In this document: positions 20,756 through 30,108 of the stretch, piece after piece
How the letters are laid out: each line of letters opens with the position of its first letter
Numbering within the stretch: the stretch's first letter is position 1
Position numbers and translations under genes: made by a program
Source: Sedimentisphaerales bacterium
GTDB taxonomy: Bacteria > Planctomycetota > Phycisphaerae > Sedimentisphaerales > SM23-30
Reading direction: 5' to 3'
Assembly: GCA_963663965.2 (NCBI GenBank)
Contig: CAXXFK010000021.1
Location: 32,001 to 96,000, forward strand
Length of the DNA: 64,000 nt
The notes under the pieces: model-generated
The model's input: only the letters and a program-made list of their open reading frames with translations
Database searches by the model: none
What the model was told of the DNA's origin: nothing

Positions 20756-20890
20756 GGCAGACAACTCCCTGGTGTTGGCGCCAGGTACTCTGCCTTTGAA
20801 ACCAGTAATCAGAAAAATAAAGAAACGCCCAATGAAAGAAAAACCCGTAGCCTCCTGTCAGACTACTTTCCTCACTTCAGTAGTTTCCGC
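20756..20890 (-). ncRNA. Candidate structured 5' leader RNA (cis-regulatory) upstream of the TPR/giant-Rhs genes
   Basis: Nested complementary segments: GAAACTA/TGGTTTC, AGTGAGGAAA/TTTCTTTATT, GTAGTCT/AGGCTAC, then hairpin GGCAGA..CCTGG/CCAGG..TCTGCC. The G-U pairs work only on the minus strand. Confidence 0.5.
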
Positions 20891-20906
20891 GCTTGATTTT
20901 TTCCAC
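20877..20906 (-). CDS. Candidate 9-aa leader peptide (uORF) MEKIKRGNY
   Basis: AAGGAG at 20921-20916, 9-nt spacer, GTG start, TGA stop overlapping the first stem of the leader structure. Confidence 0.35.
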   Translation of the reverse strand: MEKIKRGNY

Positions 20907-21908
20907 TTGAACAGACTCCTTAAACGATTTACTGCATTCATAAACCACTCTATTATGAAAATCAAATTAAAAGTTTTAATTTTTTTGCCGCATTTAAAGC
21001 CACGTATTACTCTGGGTACGGCCAGGGTTAGCTTAGCCGGGATCGGGGCATATCTTACTGTCAGAATCTTTTAGTATAATTTTTAAATAGACCGTTTATT
21101 TATAAAGCGTCTCCCAATCAGTAATATGGATAGAAATTTTTAAAAATTTTGACATCGGAATCTATAACTCATTTTTCAGAAAACAGTTAGCCTTTATAAA
21201 TTTTTTATTTTTCCCCGATTACCATCTAACACAATCGAAATAATTCCTGCTGAGTTCCATTTCAGCCAGCATCCGATTTTCACATATTCATTAATATTTC
21301 TGCTATCTCGTTACTGTTCTATCGGCTTAAATCCATGCTTAAATCCCTCCGGAAGCGTCAAAGGATATTGTACGACCGTTCCGAGAACCACCTAAAAATA
21401 AGCGATATAAGTCGCAATGGTGGACAAGCGTTTCGGTTTCATATTAAGTAGCGTCTATCACACCAGTCTAATACCGGCAATATCGTTCGGTCGATTGGCT
21501 CTTAACACGCTATTGAGAAAGAGCTTAGTAATTGTTAAAATTCGTGCCGCAAAGGATAGCTAGGACATTGCATCATAGTTCCGGAAAACCCAATAAAAAT
21601 TTCCATAAAGGAATAATACTTATTGAACGATTATCAGACTTATACTGCTTACAATTGAAAATGACCGCTGGGCCGGGATATAAGCTCTACACGGGCAAAC
21701 GCTTATCTTGCGAGCGATCAGGAATTTTCATACCCATTGGGTATTATTTTCTGGTTCTTCTGAAAAATTTATGGAATGTTTATTTTTGCACGGTAAGGGT
21801 ACCTCTCCCGATATCCCCAAATGCCAGATTAGACCCCCATGTCTTTAACAAAACTTCTCGCATCCACCTCAGAACGGCATGGTTCAACCATGATAGCAAT
21901 AATTTTAT

Positions 21909-22334
21909 TCACCGCTCAAAATAATGTTCCGGATGACCCCAGGCGGCATCTTCAAGAGTCGTCTCAGCCAGTTTTTTTTCCAGCGAAACGGTTGATTGCC
22001 TCCATAATTCATACAAAAGACAGTGATCATGGGGGGCGCCGCAATCATAGTAATCCATAAAACACTCTTGAAAAAGTGGGGTTCCTTCTACCAGTTCGAA
22101 TATTTCCAGCAGGACAATGTCACCCGGAGATTTCTCAAAGACATAACCCTTTCTTTCCGCTACGTTCTTTAGAATCCCGGCTTTGGTCAACTTCCCGAAC
22201 AGGGTGACTAGCTGACGATAGGGTATCCCCTCAGCTTTTGCAATTGCATGGGCGGTAATGGGTAACTGCGTGGCATGCCTGACCATATACATCAGTGCAT
22301 GCAAAACATACGAATTGGCTTTTTTCAGTTTCAT
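21909..22334 (-). CDS. Rrf2-family transcriptional regulator (three Cys, probable Fe-S cluster)
   Basis: Winged-HTH (AIAKAEGIPYRQL...KGYVF...DIVLLEIFELVEG) and C-x6-C-x6-C. Start overlaps the upstream stop (ATGA). Confidence 0.88.
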   Translation of the reverse strand: MKLKKANSYVLHALMYMVRHATQLPITAHAIAKAEGIPYRQLVTLFGKLTKAGILKNVAERKGYVFEKSPGDIVLLEIFELVEGTPLFQECFMDYYDCGAPHDHCLLYELWRQSTVSLEKKLAETTLEDAAWGHPEHYFER

Positions 22335-23716
22335 TTCACACCTGGCATGTCAGGATTAATATTAATTTCCAACTCCGATAATTTGCGATACAACGTTGAG
22401 ACTCCCACTCCAAGGGTCTTTGCGGCTTCCCCTTTATCGCCTTGGCATAATTTCAGGATTTTAATAATATAATCCTTTTCAAACCGGCGCATGGCCTCCT
22501 GTAGCGTTCTGTCCTCATGATCGGCTCTGTCTCCCATCATGAATGCAATTCCCAAATCGGAGGCGTCCACGATCGGTCCTTCCGTAAACAGGATTGCCCG
22601 CTCGATCAGATTCTGCAACTCCCGGACATTTCCTTTCCACTCATGACTTACCAGCCGCCCTATCGCCTTGTCCGAGATTCCCGTACACTGTTTCCCTAAT
22701 TCGCGATTGTATTTTTTCACAAATTGACGCGCCAATGCCGGAATATCTTCCTTGCGGTCTCTTAAGGGCGGCAGGTGAATGCCAACCACATTTAACCGGT
22801 AGTACAAATCTTCCCGGAATTGACCGGCCGCTATTTCATTTTGCAAATTTTTACTAGTCGCTGTGACAATACGCAGATCAATCGGGATTGAGTCTGCCAA
22901 TCCTGCCGGAATAATCCGGCGTTCCTCTATGGCTCTTAGCAATTTGCCCTGACAATCCAGTGGCATATAGCCAATTTCATTCAGGAATAATGTTCCGCCC
23001 TGCGCGGCTTCCAACAATCCATTCTTGTCTTCCACTGCCGAAGTTAACTTTTTCTTTCGATGCCCGAACAACTCGCATTCAAACAGTTCTTCCCGAATAG
23101 CGCCGCAATGGATTGCCACAAACCGGCCCGAAAAATTCTGACTCAGTGAATGGATGGCATGGGCGACCATTTCCTTGCCGGTTCCGCTTTCGCCGGTAAT
23201 CAACACGTTGCTTTTAGTACCGGCTACTTTGTGAATCGTCTTGATCACACTGGCCATCAAAGGAGATTCGCTAACCATCTGATCGATATGGAATGAAGGA
23301 TCCAACTCGTTTTTCAATTGGTGGTTTTCTTCCAGAAGACGGCGGTATCTGATTTGCTGTTTGATTTTGATGATAACCTCATCCACAATAATTGGCCTCA
23401 TCACATAGTCACCGGCGCCCATTTTGATCGCCTCAATCGCCGTTTCAACCGTGTCGTAAGCCGTTATCAAGATCACCCGCGTTTTCGGACGGCCTTTCAC
23501 CACCACCTGCCATGCCCGGCTACCCTCCGCGCCCGACAGGTTTACATCCAGTACGGCAATATCGTACACCGTCTGCATAATCGCGTCAATCGCGTCAAGT
23601 CCATTGTCAACCACCGTCACTTCGAATCCTTCTTCCTGCAATACCTTTAGCAGGAATTCCCGATTAGTCGTTTCAACATCTGCCAATAATATTTTTGTCA
23701 TGACTGCCTTTTCCAT
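22331..23716 (-). CDS. NtrC-family response regulator (receiver-AAA+-Fis HTH) with degenerate sigma-54 motifs
   Basis: GESGTGKE Walker A, FREDLYYRLNV, WKGNVRELQN and a C-terminal HTH. GAFTGA is replaced by KKLTSA and Walker B reads FLNEI. Confidence 0.9.
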   Translation of the reverse strand: MEKAVMTKILLADVETTNREFLLKVLQEEGFEVTVVDNGLDAIDAIMQTVYDIAVLDVNLSGAEGSRAWQVVVKGRPKTRVILITAYDTVETAIEAIKMGAGDYVMRPIIVDEVIIKIKQQIRYRRLLEENHQLKNELDPSFHIDQMVSESPLMASVIKTIHKVAGTKSNVLITGESGTGKEMVAHAIHSLSQNFSGRFVAIHCGAIREELFECELFGHRKKKLTSAVEDKNGLLEAAQGGTLFLNEIGYMPLDCQGKLLRAIEERRIIPAGLADSIPIDLRIVTATSKNLQNEIAAGQFREDLYYRLNVVGIHLPPLRDRKEDIPALARQFVKKYNRELGKQCTGISDKAIGRLVSHEWKGNVRELQNLIERAILFTEGPIVDASDLGIAFMMGDRADHEDRTLQEAMRRFEKDYIIKILKLCQGDKGEAAKTLGVGVSTLYRKLSELEININPDMPGVK

Positions 23717-23885
23717 ACCTGCGATGATAGCTGACTCTTACTAAAATCAGCTAACTGTGCTGTTCAGCCAATTCTCCCTGCCGCGGTTCTCGGAAGATAA
23801 GATGATCTGCAACCAAAATATCTCGTTTCGTTATCATTTATCTGAATAGATCCATTTTTCGTGATTACTGAAATCGCCGGCTTGA

Positions 23886-25133
23886 CTATTCCGGCAGTTC
23901 AAAATACTCCCCGGTTCGAATCAGTTCCTCTTTTTTCCCGGCATCCAGGCCAATCTCTTCGTCAGACAAATAACAGGCGGGATCTGGCGCCCAGGGATCC
24001 TGATAATACAAATCGGCCCGAACCCGCAAACTGCCGCCGCATGCCGAAAAATACTGACACAGACGACAGCGCCCCTTGACATAATCACGGCGATTACGCA
24101 AGCCCTTTAATAGCGGCTCCCCGTTATTGCTCCATATCGTACTGAATTTGTTGTCATGTATATCTCCCAGATCATAGTGCCCCCAAAACTGATCGGCATG
24201 CACTTTGCCATTATAATCGATGCACCCGATACCCACACCGCTACTGTTCAATCCACCGCCATTCCAGGTCAGCAACTTCCAGACATCAGCCGCCAAAGGA
24301 CTGTTCTCCTCAAGTAATTTTAAATAAAGATAGACACCATCCACATGATTGTCGACAGTCAGAATATCGGTATGTTTACCCGCCGCCTTACAGGCTCTGG
24401 CATGAGCGAGAATCGTTTCGATCGCCTGACGGCTCTGGGCATGTGTCAGGTCATCCCCAAAGATGCTGCCTCCCCTGCCGCTGGGAACCAGATGATAGAA
24501 ACAAGCCCTTTCAATCCCTTCCTGCTCGAAAAAGCCAAACAATCCCTCCAGATCCTGTACATTCCGTTTCGTCAAAGTCAACCGCAAACCAACCCGGACT
24601 CCCGCGTCCATGCAATGACGGATACCCGCTACGGCATCGTCGAACGCTCCCGGCACTCCCCGGAATTCGTCGTTCGATTTCCCGATACCATCCAGACTGA
24701 TTCCCACATAGGATACACCCATTTGCTTGATTTGTCCCGCTTTTCCCCGGTCGATTAATGTGCCATTCGTGGAAATAACCGTCCGCATCCCCTGATCAAC
24801 GGCATAACCGATTAATTCAAACAAATCTTTGCGTGTCAGCGGCTCTCCGCCACTGAATAAAACCGAGGGCGCCCCAAACGCCGCCAAATCGTCCAGAACG
24901 GCTTTGGCTTCCGCGGTCGTGGGCTCATGGCTCTTCACGTTGGCCCCGCTGTCGTTATAACAGTGCACACATTTCAAGTTGCAGCGGCTGGTAATATTCC
25001 ATACGATAATGGGCTTCCGCTCCGAGGCTTTCCTGGGAACCTGTTCTTGATCTCTTTCACCACCTTTAATTCCATAACGCAACCAGTCGCCTGGCGTTAG
25101 CTGATCGCAATATAGCTTCGATATATTAATCAT
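23886..25133 (-). CDS. ahbC: Radical SAM/SPASM protein, AhbC-like (siroheme-dependent heme synthesis)
   Basis: MINISKLYC...LRYG...KPIIVWNITSRCNLKCVHCY with CxxxCxxC, and SPASM CRLC...CGG..R..A.....WAPDPACYL. Adjacent to hemA; start chosen at the ATG overlapping the hemA stop. Confidence 0.8.
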   Translation of the reverse strand: MINISKLYCDQLTPGDWLRYGIKGGERDQEQVPRKASERKPIIVWNITSRCNLKCVHCYNDSGANVKSHEPTTAEAKAVLDDLAAFGAPSVLFSGGEPLTRKDLFELIGYAVDQGMRTVISTNGTLIDRGKAGQIKQMGVSYVGISLDGIGKSNDEFRGVPGAFDDAVAGIRHCMDAGVRVGLRLTLTKRNVQDLEGLFGFFEQEGIERACFYHLVPSGRGGSIFGDDLTHAQSRQAIETILAHARACKAAGKHTDILTVDNHVDGVYLYLKLLEENSPLAADVWKLLTWNGGGLNSSGVGIGCIDYNGKVHADQFWGHYDLGDIHDNKFSTIWSNNGEPLLKGLRNRRDYVKGRCRLCQYFSACGGSLRVRADLYYQDPWAPDPACYLSDEEIGLDAGKKEELIRTGEYFELPE

Positions 25134-26445
25134 GTTGATCCTTTTTGATTTCCGGGGCCTTGTCCTCAGCAACAATCTGCTCGGCATTGGCTAAAATATT
25201 GTAAGCAAATTTTTCGGCCTCCTTGACCCCGTGTTCTCTCGACAGAATGTCAATATTCTTAATGACGCAATGACTCAGTTTGTTCACCACACGCCCGACC
25301 GAGGTCTCCAGCAGCACCTTGCAACAGGCATCCTGCCTGGGCCCGACAAAAAACTTCTCCATTTCGATGGTTTGAATCTGCTCAAAAGCGGCCTTGATCT
25401 GGCCAATCACTGGCCCGAGATCGCGCTTCAAAAACCATTCCATAAACAACGCGGTATGCTTATAGATGATCTCGACCGCCTGCTCAATATCGCCTTCCCG
25501 CAAACTGATGTTATCCTGCGCCACCCGCGCCAGATCATCAATGCTATACAGGTAAACATTGTCGATGTCGTCCACTTCCGGTTCAAAGCTACGCGGCACC
25601 GTAATGTCAATAATCAGCAACAGATGGTTTCGGCGGCGCGCCATGAGCTTCTTCATCCGTTCCCGGGTGAATAAATAACCGTCTCCCGCAGTGGCGGCCC
25701 CAACCAGAATCTCCGCATTGACAATCGCCTCATCCAGCTGCTCCCAGGCGCTGTCGCGGATGGCATGTTTCCTGGCCAGCTGACAACTGCGTTGCCGGGA
25801 CCGGTTCACCACCGTAATGTCTTGGCAGGCCTCCTGCTGAAAATGTTCAACCAGCAGGTCCCCCATCTGGCCGGCGCCAACGATCACGACTTTGGCCGCC
25901 TGAATGTCCGAAAACAATTGCCGGGCCAGTTCCACCGCCACTCCCGCCACGCTGACCCGCCGATTCGCAATCGAAGTCAACGTTATAATCTCTTTGGTCG
26001 TTCGAAACGCGTCATGAAACAGGCGGTTCAAAATCTTGCCGGTGGCCTGCTCCTCACACGACAACTTGTAGCTCTCCTTGACCTGGGCGGTAATCTGACT
26101 CTCCCCAATCACCATACTGTCCAGACTGGAACAAACCGTGAACAGATGGGTTACGGCTTCTTCATTAATCTTGATATACAGACAATCCTCGATATCGGCC
26201 CATGCGACGCCCCGGAAATTCGCCAGCCATTCTGCCAGTTCCTCCGGCTGCGGACGGGCGTTATTCTCCACCGCCACATAACATTCTACCCGATTGCAGG
26301 TCGAGAGCAACACAATCTCAACGCCCGGGTAAGCCGCTTTAAAAGCGGTCAGTGCCTGTACCGCCATCGCTTTATCGATCGCCAGTCGCTCACGGATGGT
26401 TAGCGGCGCGGTTTTGTGATTAATCCCTATCAATACAATATGCAT
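25126..26445 (-). CDS. hemA: Glutamyl-tRNA reductase
   Basis: GINHKTAP, LSTCNRVE, SLDSMVIGESQI, GAGQMG, IDITVPR motifs. Start reassigned to MHIVLIG. Confidence 0.95.
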   Translation of the reverse strand: MHIVLIGINHKTAPLTIRERLAIDKAMAVQALTAFKAAYPGVEIVLLSTCNRVECYVAVENNARPQPEELAEWLANFRGVAWADIEDCLYIKINEEAVTHLFTVCSSLDSMVIGESQITAQVKESYKLSCEEQATGKILNRLFHDAFRTTKEIITLTSIANRRVSVAGVAVELARQLFSDIQAAKVVIVGAGQMGDLLVEHFQQEACQDITVVNRSRQRSCQLARKHAIRDSAWEQLDEAIVNAEILVGAATAGDGYLFTRERMKKLMARRRNHLLLIIDITVPRSFEPEVDDIDNVYLYSIDDLARVAQDNISLREGDIEQAVEIIYKHTALFMEWFLKRDLGPVIGQIKAAFEQIQTIEMEKFFVGPRQDACCKVLLETSVGRVVNKLSHCVIKNIDILSREHGVKEAEKFAYNILANAEQIVAEDKAPEIKKDQHD

Positions 26446-27334
26446 AACGTGTCTCAATCTGAAGGCTGTGCCTGGCCGGGATATTGCCAAAATCGTGACT
26501 TGACTTACAAAAGAGCTTACTTCCAATAAATGCAAATAAAATAAGAAAGCAAATAAACAGGGTCGTCTGAGCCACTATTTTGCCATTCAACATCAGCAGA
26601 CGCCGCAAGATCAGTGTGACCAGCAATAAAAACCACGAAACAATTATTAATACGATTTTCGAATCTGTCAGCCAGTCAGCCGGCGCCATGCCTAATCCCG
26701 CGGATTTTACCCCTGCCAGGCCAATGCCACTGATCAAACCAAGGGTCAATGCCGCAAAACTCAGCTGCAATCCCAGCAGGTTCATCTTCTCCAGCTTTTC
26801 GATATTGGGCATCTTGCCGAACAACCTCAGAAACTGCCGGGTTTTCAGCTGCTGACGGCTCCATAAATACAACACACTCATACTCGCGGCAAACACCACC
26901 ATGGCCCCGGATAACGCCATCGATAACGCATGAAAAATGACCCAGGGGGTCCGGACCGCGTCCTGTAGCTCCAATGCGGGTTTGGCCACAACGGCGGATA
27001 ACCACGAGATAACAAAGAGCCCCCACCCCATCACCGACAGAAACCAGACCTGCCGCATATACACAGATAGCCATAAGGAGGTAATACCAATAAACACTAT
27101 CAGTGCCAGCATGGATTCAAAAACATCCGTGATGGGAAACGCGCCGATGGCAACCGCTCTCAAAACCAGGATCACGGCCCCCAGCGCAACCTGCAGAACA
27201 ATACATGAGATCAAATGGCGTCTAAATTGGACCTGTTCCCGGACGATCTGGACATAGCCCATAAGCGCTGTTAATGTCGTCAGTAACAGAATGCCAAAAA
27301 ATAAATGTCGTTCCAGAAGCGGCAAATCGAACAT
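26420..27334 (-). CDS. ccsA: Cytochrome c assembly / HemX-like membrane protein (CcsA family)
   Basis: About eight hydrophobic segments, WVIFH, P-x-IEKLE and DWLTDSKI..SW motifs; directly upstream of hemA. Confidence 0.75.
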   Translation of the reverse strand: MFDLPLLERHLFFGILLLTTLTALMGYVQIVREQVQFRRHLISCIVLQVALGAVILVLRAVAIGAFPITDVFESMLALIVFIGITSLWLSVYMRQVWFLSVMGWGLFVISWLSAVVAKPALELQDAVRTPWVIFHALSMALSGAMVVFAASMSVLYLWSRQQLKTRQFLRLFGKMPNIEKLEKMNLLGLQLSFAALTLGLISGIGLAGVKSAGLGMAPADWLTDSKIVLIIVSWFLLLVTLILRRLLMLNGKIVAQTTLFICFLILFAFIGSKLFCKSSHDFGNIPARHSLQIETRYAYCIDRD

Positions 27335-27607
27335 AACATTACCTGATCATATCACTGTCTGAAATCATCTTATACACTCTTTATCTTAAAATTCACAAAC
27401 TCTTATCTTATTATCAACAATGAAGATAGATAGCATTTCCGGCTAAACTCTAACAAACTTTCAGCAATAATTATAGGAAATATTTGACTGTAAATTGGAG
27501 ACAAACACCGCCCCAAAGACAGAGCAAACCCAATAACTCATTATCTGATAGATAGTTATAATATTTATCCCCATCGCCTGGAAATAAGTTTTTTTCTGAT
27601 CTGGATT

Positions 27608-29245
27608 TTACCGGCGGGCTTGCTGGTTTTTATTGAACTGCACCAACATATACTTCAGACGGCTATTGGGAATCGTCTCACGGGTATGACTGTTCCGATC
27701 CCCACTGTGTTCCAGACTCCAGCCATTCCATTCCCGATAGGCATGATAACACCAGTCCCATTGGTTCTGCTCAAAGATACCCACTGCATCTTGCAACCAG
27801 TTCAAACTGCTATCGCCCGGCGCCCAGCGGATCGCGCTGAATTCTCCAACATAAATATGAACATTAAAATCATGTTGAAATTCAAAAACTGGCATTAATT
27901 CATCCCGGAGTTTGTCCCGATTCCATAAAGTTCCGTTTATTTTACCTGGATATTCGATTCCGCCGGGATTAGTACCTATCGTCTGATGCGTAAATTGATG
28001 AGGCAAGTACATATGAAAACTGTATATGATGCCCTCCATCTCCAATGGCTTTAAGGCAGCAAATCCAGCAGGCCCACCCCACGGGCTCGGTTCAAAAACC
28101 AGGGGTTTACCTGGATCAATCTGACGAATCCTGCGACCGGCTTCCGTTGCCAGTGACCGCCAGTCCATCAGACCCGGCGCCACCGTTCCTTCTACGGCTT
28201 CGTTGAGTAAATCATACGCGTAAACACTGGGATTTCCTTTGTAACGCCGGGCAATCCGTTCCCAAAGCGACAGAAAATAATCCTGATACCGCTTGTCCTG
28301 AAACAGATCACACACGCCACCGGCCCGACGCCCCCCCGGCGGACAATGGAGATCCACCAGCACCAGAAAACCATACTTTCCTGCAGCCCCCAAAGCCTTG
28401 TCACATTCTGTCAATGCGGTTTCGATCCACTGGTCATACCTTTCCAAATCTCGCGACCATTCCTCCGCCTGTTTCATCGGCGCCCAGTTAAGCTGCCAGC
28501 GGATATGATTCACACGCCACCCGGCCAGATCTCGAAAATTTTCTTCCTGAAAATTGGGGCCATGCATTACCCCCCTTAACCGATCAAGATCATGACCAGT
28601 AAATGGATTATCATATCGACGACCGTTCCTGGGCGGACGGCCCAGAGTAATTGTTACCTCATCAAACCAGACAGTACCACTGACCTCCTCCAATCCCAAT
28701 ATTAACGTTGCTTCCCTGAGGCCCAGCGGTAATCGAATCAGTTGCTCAAATTTACGCCAATCCCATGTCCCGGAAGGGATGGGCAACTGAGGATATGTCA
28801 CCCCATCTTCTGTTTTTAATACCAGCATTACTTTAATACCATTCCAGGAGTTAGGCCCTTCACTGACATCCTGCGCCTTTACTCTTGCCGATAAGGCAAC
28901 ATACCGATCGGTAATTTCAGCAACTGGCAACTTGATTTGACGGCTAGACGAACCTTTTTCCTGACAAATAATTTGAAGGGCTCCATCAACGATCTTGCCG
29001 GGTTGTTGGGTATTTTCAATGATGTCAAATGTATTACTATACAGCGCCGGTTGGGCTGCTAAAACCATCTCAGAAAAAGAAGTCACATAGAGAATAATGA
29101 CCACTAACCAATTACAAAGATTGCCGAAATTTACAGGCCAACTGATAACACCTGCGGTCTTTGTCATTTTCAGTCGGCCTGACGGCCTTATGCCCATTCG
29201 AATGGTTTGAATAGGTGCTGATTTTTTATTGAAACAAAACATCAT
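27608..29245 (-). CDS. Glycoside hydrolase family 5-like protein with N-terminal CBM-like domain (start uncertain)
   Basis: VLVDLH, AYDLLNE (acid/base), YSFHMY, IYVGEFS (nucleophile) motifs. Confidence 0.85.
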   Translation of the reverse strand: MMFCFNKKSAPIQTIRMGIRPSGRLKMTKTAGVISWPVNFGNLCNWLVVIILYVTSFSEMVLAAQPALYSNTFDIIENTQQPGKIVDGALQIICQEKGSSSRQIKLPVAEITDRYVALSARVKAQDVSEGPNSWNGIKVMLVLKTEDGVTYPQLPIPSGTWDWRKFEQLIRLPLGLREATLILGLEEVSGTVWFDEVTITLGRPPRNGRRYDNPFTGHDLDRLRGVMHGPNFQEENFRDLAGWRVNHIRWQLNWAPMKQAEEWSRDLERYDQWIETALTECDKALGAAGKYGFLVLVDLHCPPGGRRAGGVCDLFQDKRYQDYFLSLWERIARRYKGNPSVYAYDLLNEAVEGTVAPGLMDWRSLATEAGRRIRQIDPGKPLVFEPSPWGGPAGFAALKPLEMEGIIYSFHMYLPHQFTHQTIGTNPGGIEYPGKINGTLWNRDKLRDELMPVFEFQHDFNVHIYVGEFSAIRWAPGDSSLNWLQDAVGIFEQNQWDWCYHAYREWNGWSLEHSGDRNSHTRETIPNSRLKYMLVQFNKNQQARR

Positions 29246-29547
29246 AAAACCTCATTACTGCTAATTTAAATGTTCATCAACCAGATCCCGTATCTCCCCG
29301 GACATCATGGCACTTGGTACTATATACCTATCCAAGATTGATCGTTGATCAACAATTATTAATTGATAAATTATCGGACGGTCAATATGATAACAAGAAT
29401 CATAATAATCCGGACAAGCAATAAAAAATACAAATCTTTCACAAAAAACAGGTTGTCATTTAAAGGATCAACGAAATAAAAATATGGAATAGTTATTAAT
29501 TGTCAGATTTTAACAATAATCCTTGACAGGCAGGCCCAAAATTCTCC

Positions 29548-30108
29548 TTGATGTGCGATTCCCAATACAATCTCATTCGAATCAAAGAATCCAAACAATT
29601 TTTAAGTCTCTTCATGAGATATCAAACCCGGATTCACACCTATATCCTTTATCATGTTCCCAACCGTACTGATGCCGAAGATATTTTGCAGGACACGATT
29701 GTGGTCATGCTGGACAAATTCTCCGAATTTCAGGAAGGCACTAATTTTCTGGCTTGGGGTATGACGATCGCACGCTATAAGATCCTGTCCTTTAAGCAGA
29801 AGCGCCGGAATTCCAAATTGATCTTTGATGACTCCATGATGGCCCTTTTTGAAAACGAGATAGCGGTCCAGATGGAATCCGCTCATAAAGAAGAAACCGA
29901 AGTTTTAAAAAATTGCGTCGGTAAGTTGCCTCCCAAACACAAAATATACTTGCGCTTGCGGTACGAACAAAACCTGAGTTATCGTGAAATCGCCCGGCAA
30001 ATCGATATTTCTATGCAGGCCGTTTATAAAACGATGACTCGGATCCATGTCGCGCTTCTGAAGTGTTTGCGCTTAAATTATGCCGGAGAGGTCGAACGTG
30101 AAACATGA
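29548..30108 (+). CDS. ECF sigma-70 factor (planctomycete/verrucomicrobial type)
   Basis: DAEDILQDT, FQEGTNFLAW region 2; LRYEQNLSYREIA region 4. Confidence 0.9.
   Translation: MMCDSQYNLIRIKESKQFLSLFMRYQTRIHTYILYHVPNRTDAEDILQDTIVVMLDKFSEFQEGTNFLAWGMTIARYKILSFKQKRRNSKLIFDDSMMALFENEIAVQMESAHKEETEVLKNCVGKLPPKHKIYLRLRYEQNLSYREIARQIDISMQAVYKTMTRIHVALLKCLRLNYAGEVERET

Noticed and set aside
20751..21074. 107-aa plus-strand ORF
   Set aside because: No RBS or recognisable motif; antisense to the leader of the TPR gene.
21532..21924. 130-aa plus-strand ORF
   Set aside because: TTG start, no recognisable motif, overlaps the 3' end of the Rrf2 gene; probably spurious.
29338..29352. FNR-like box TTGAT-CGTTG-ATCAA
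   Set aside because: Spacer is 5 nt, not the canonical 4; no supporting context.
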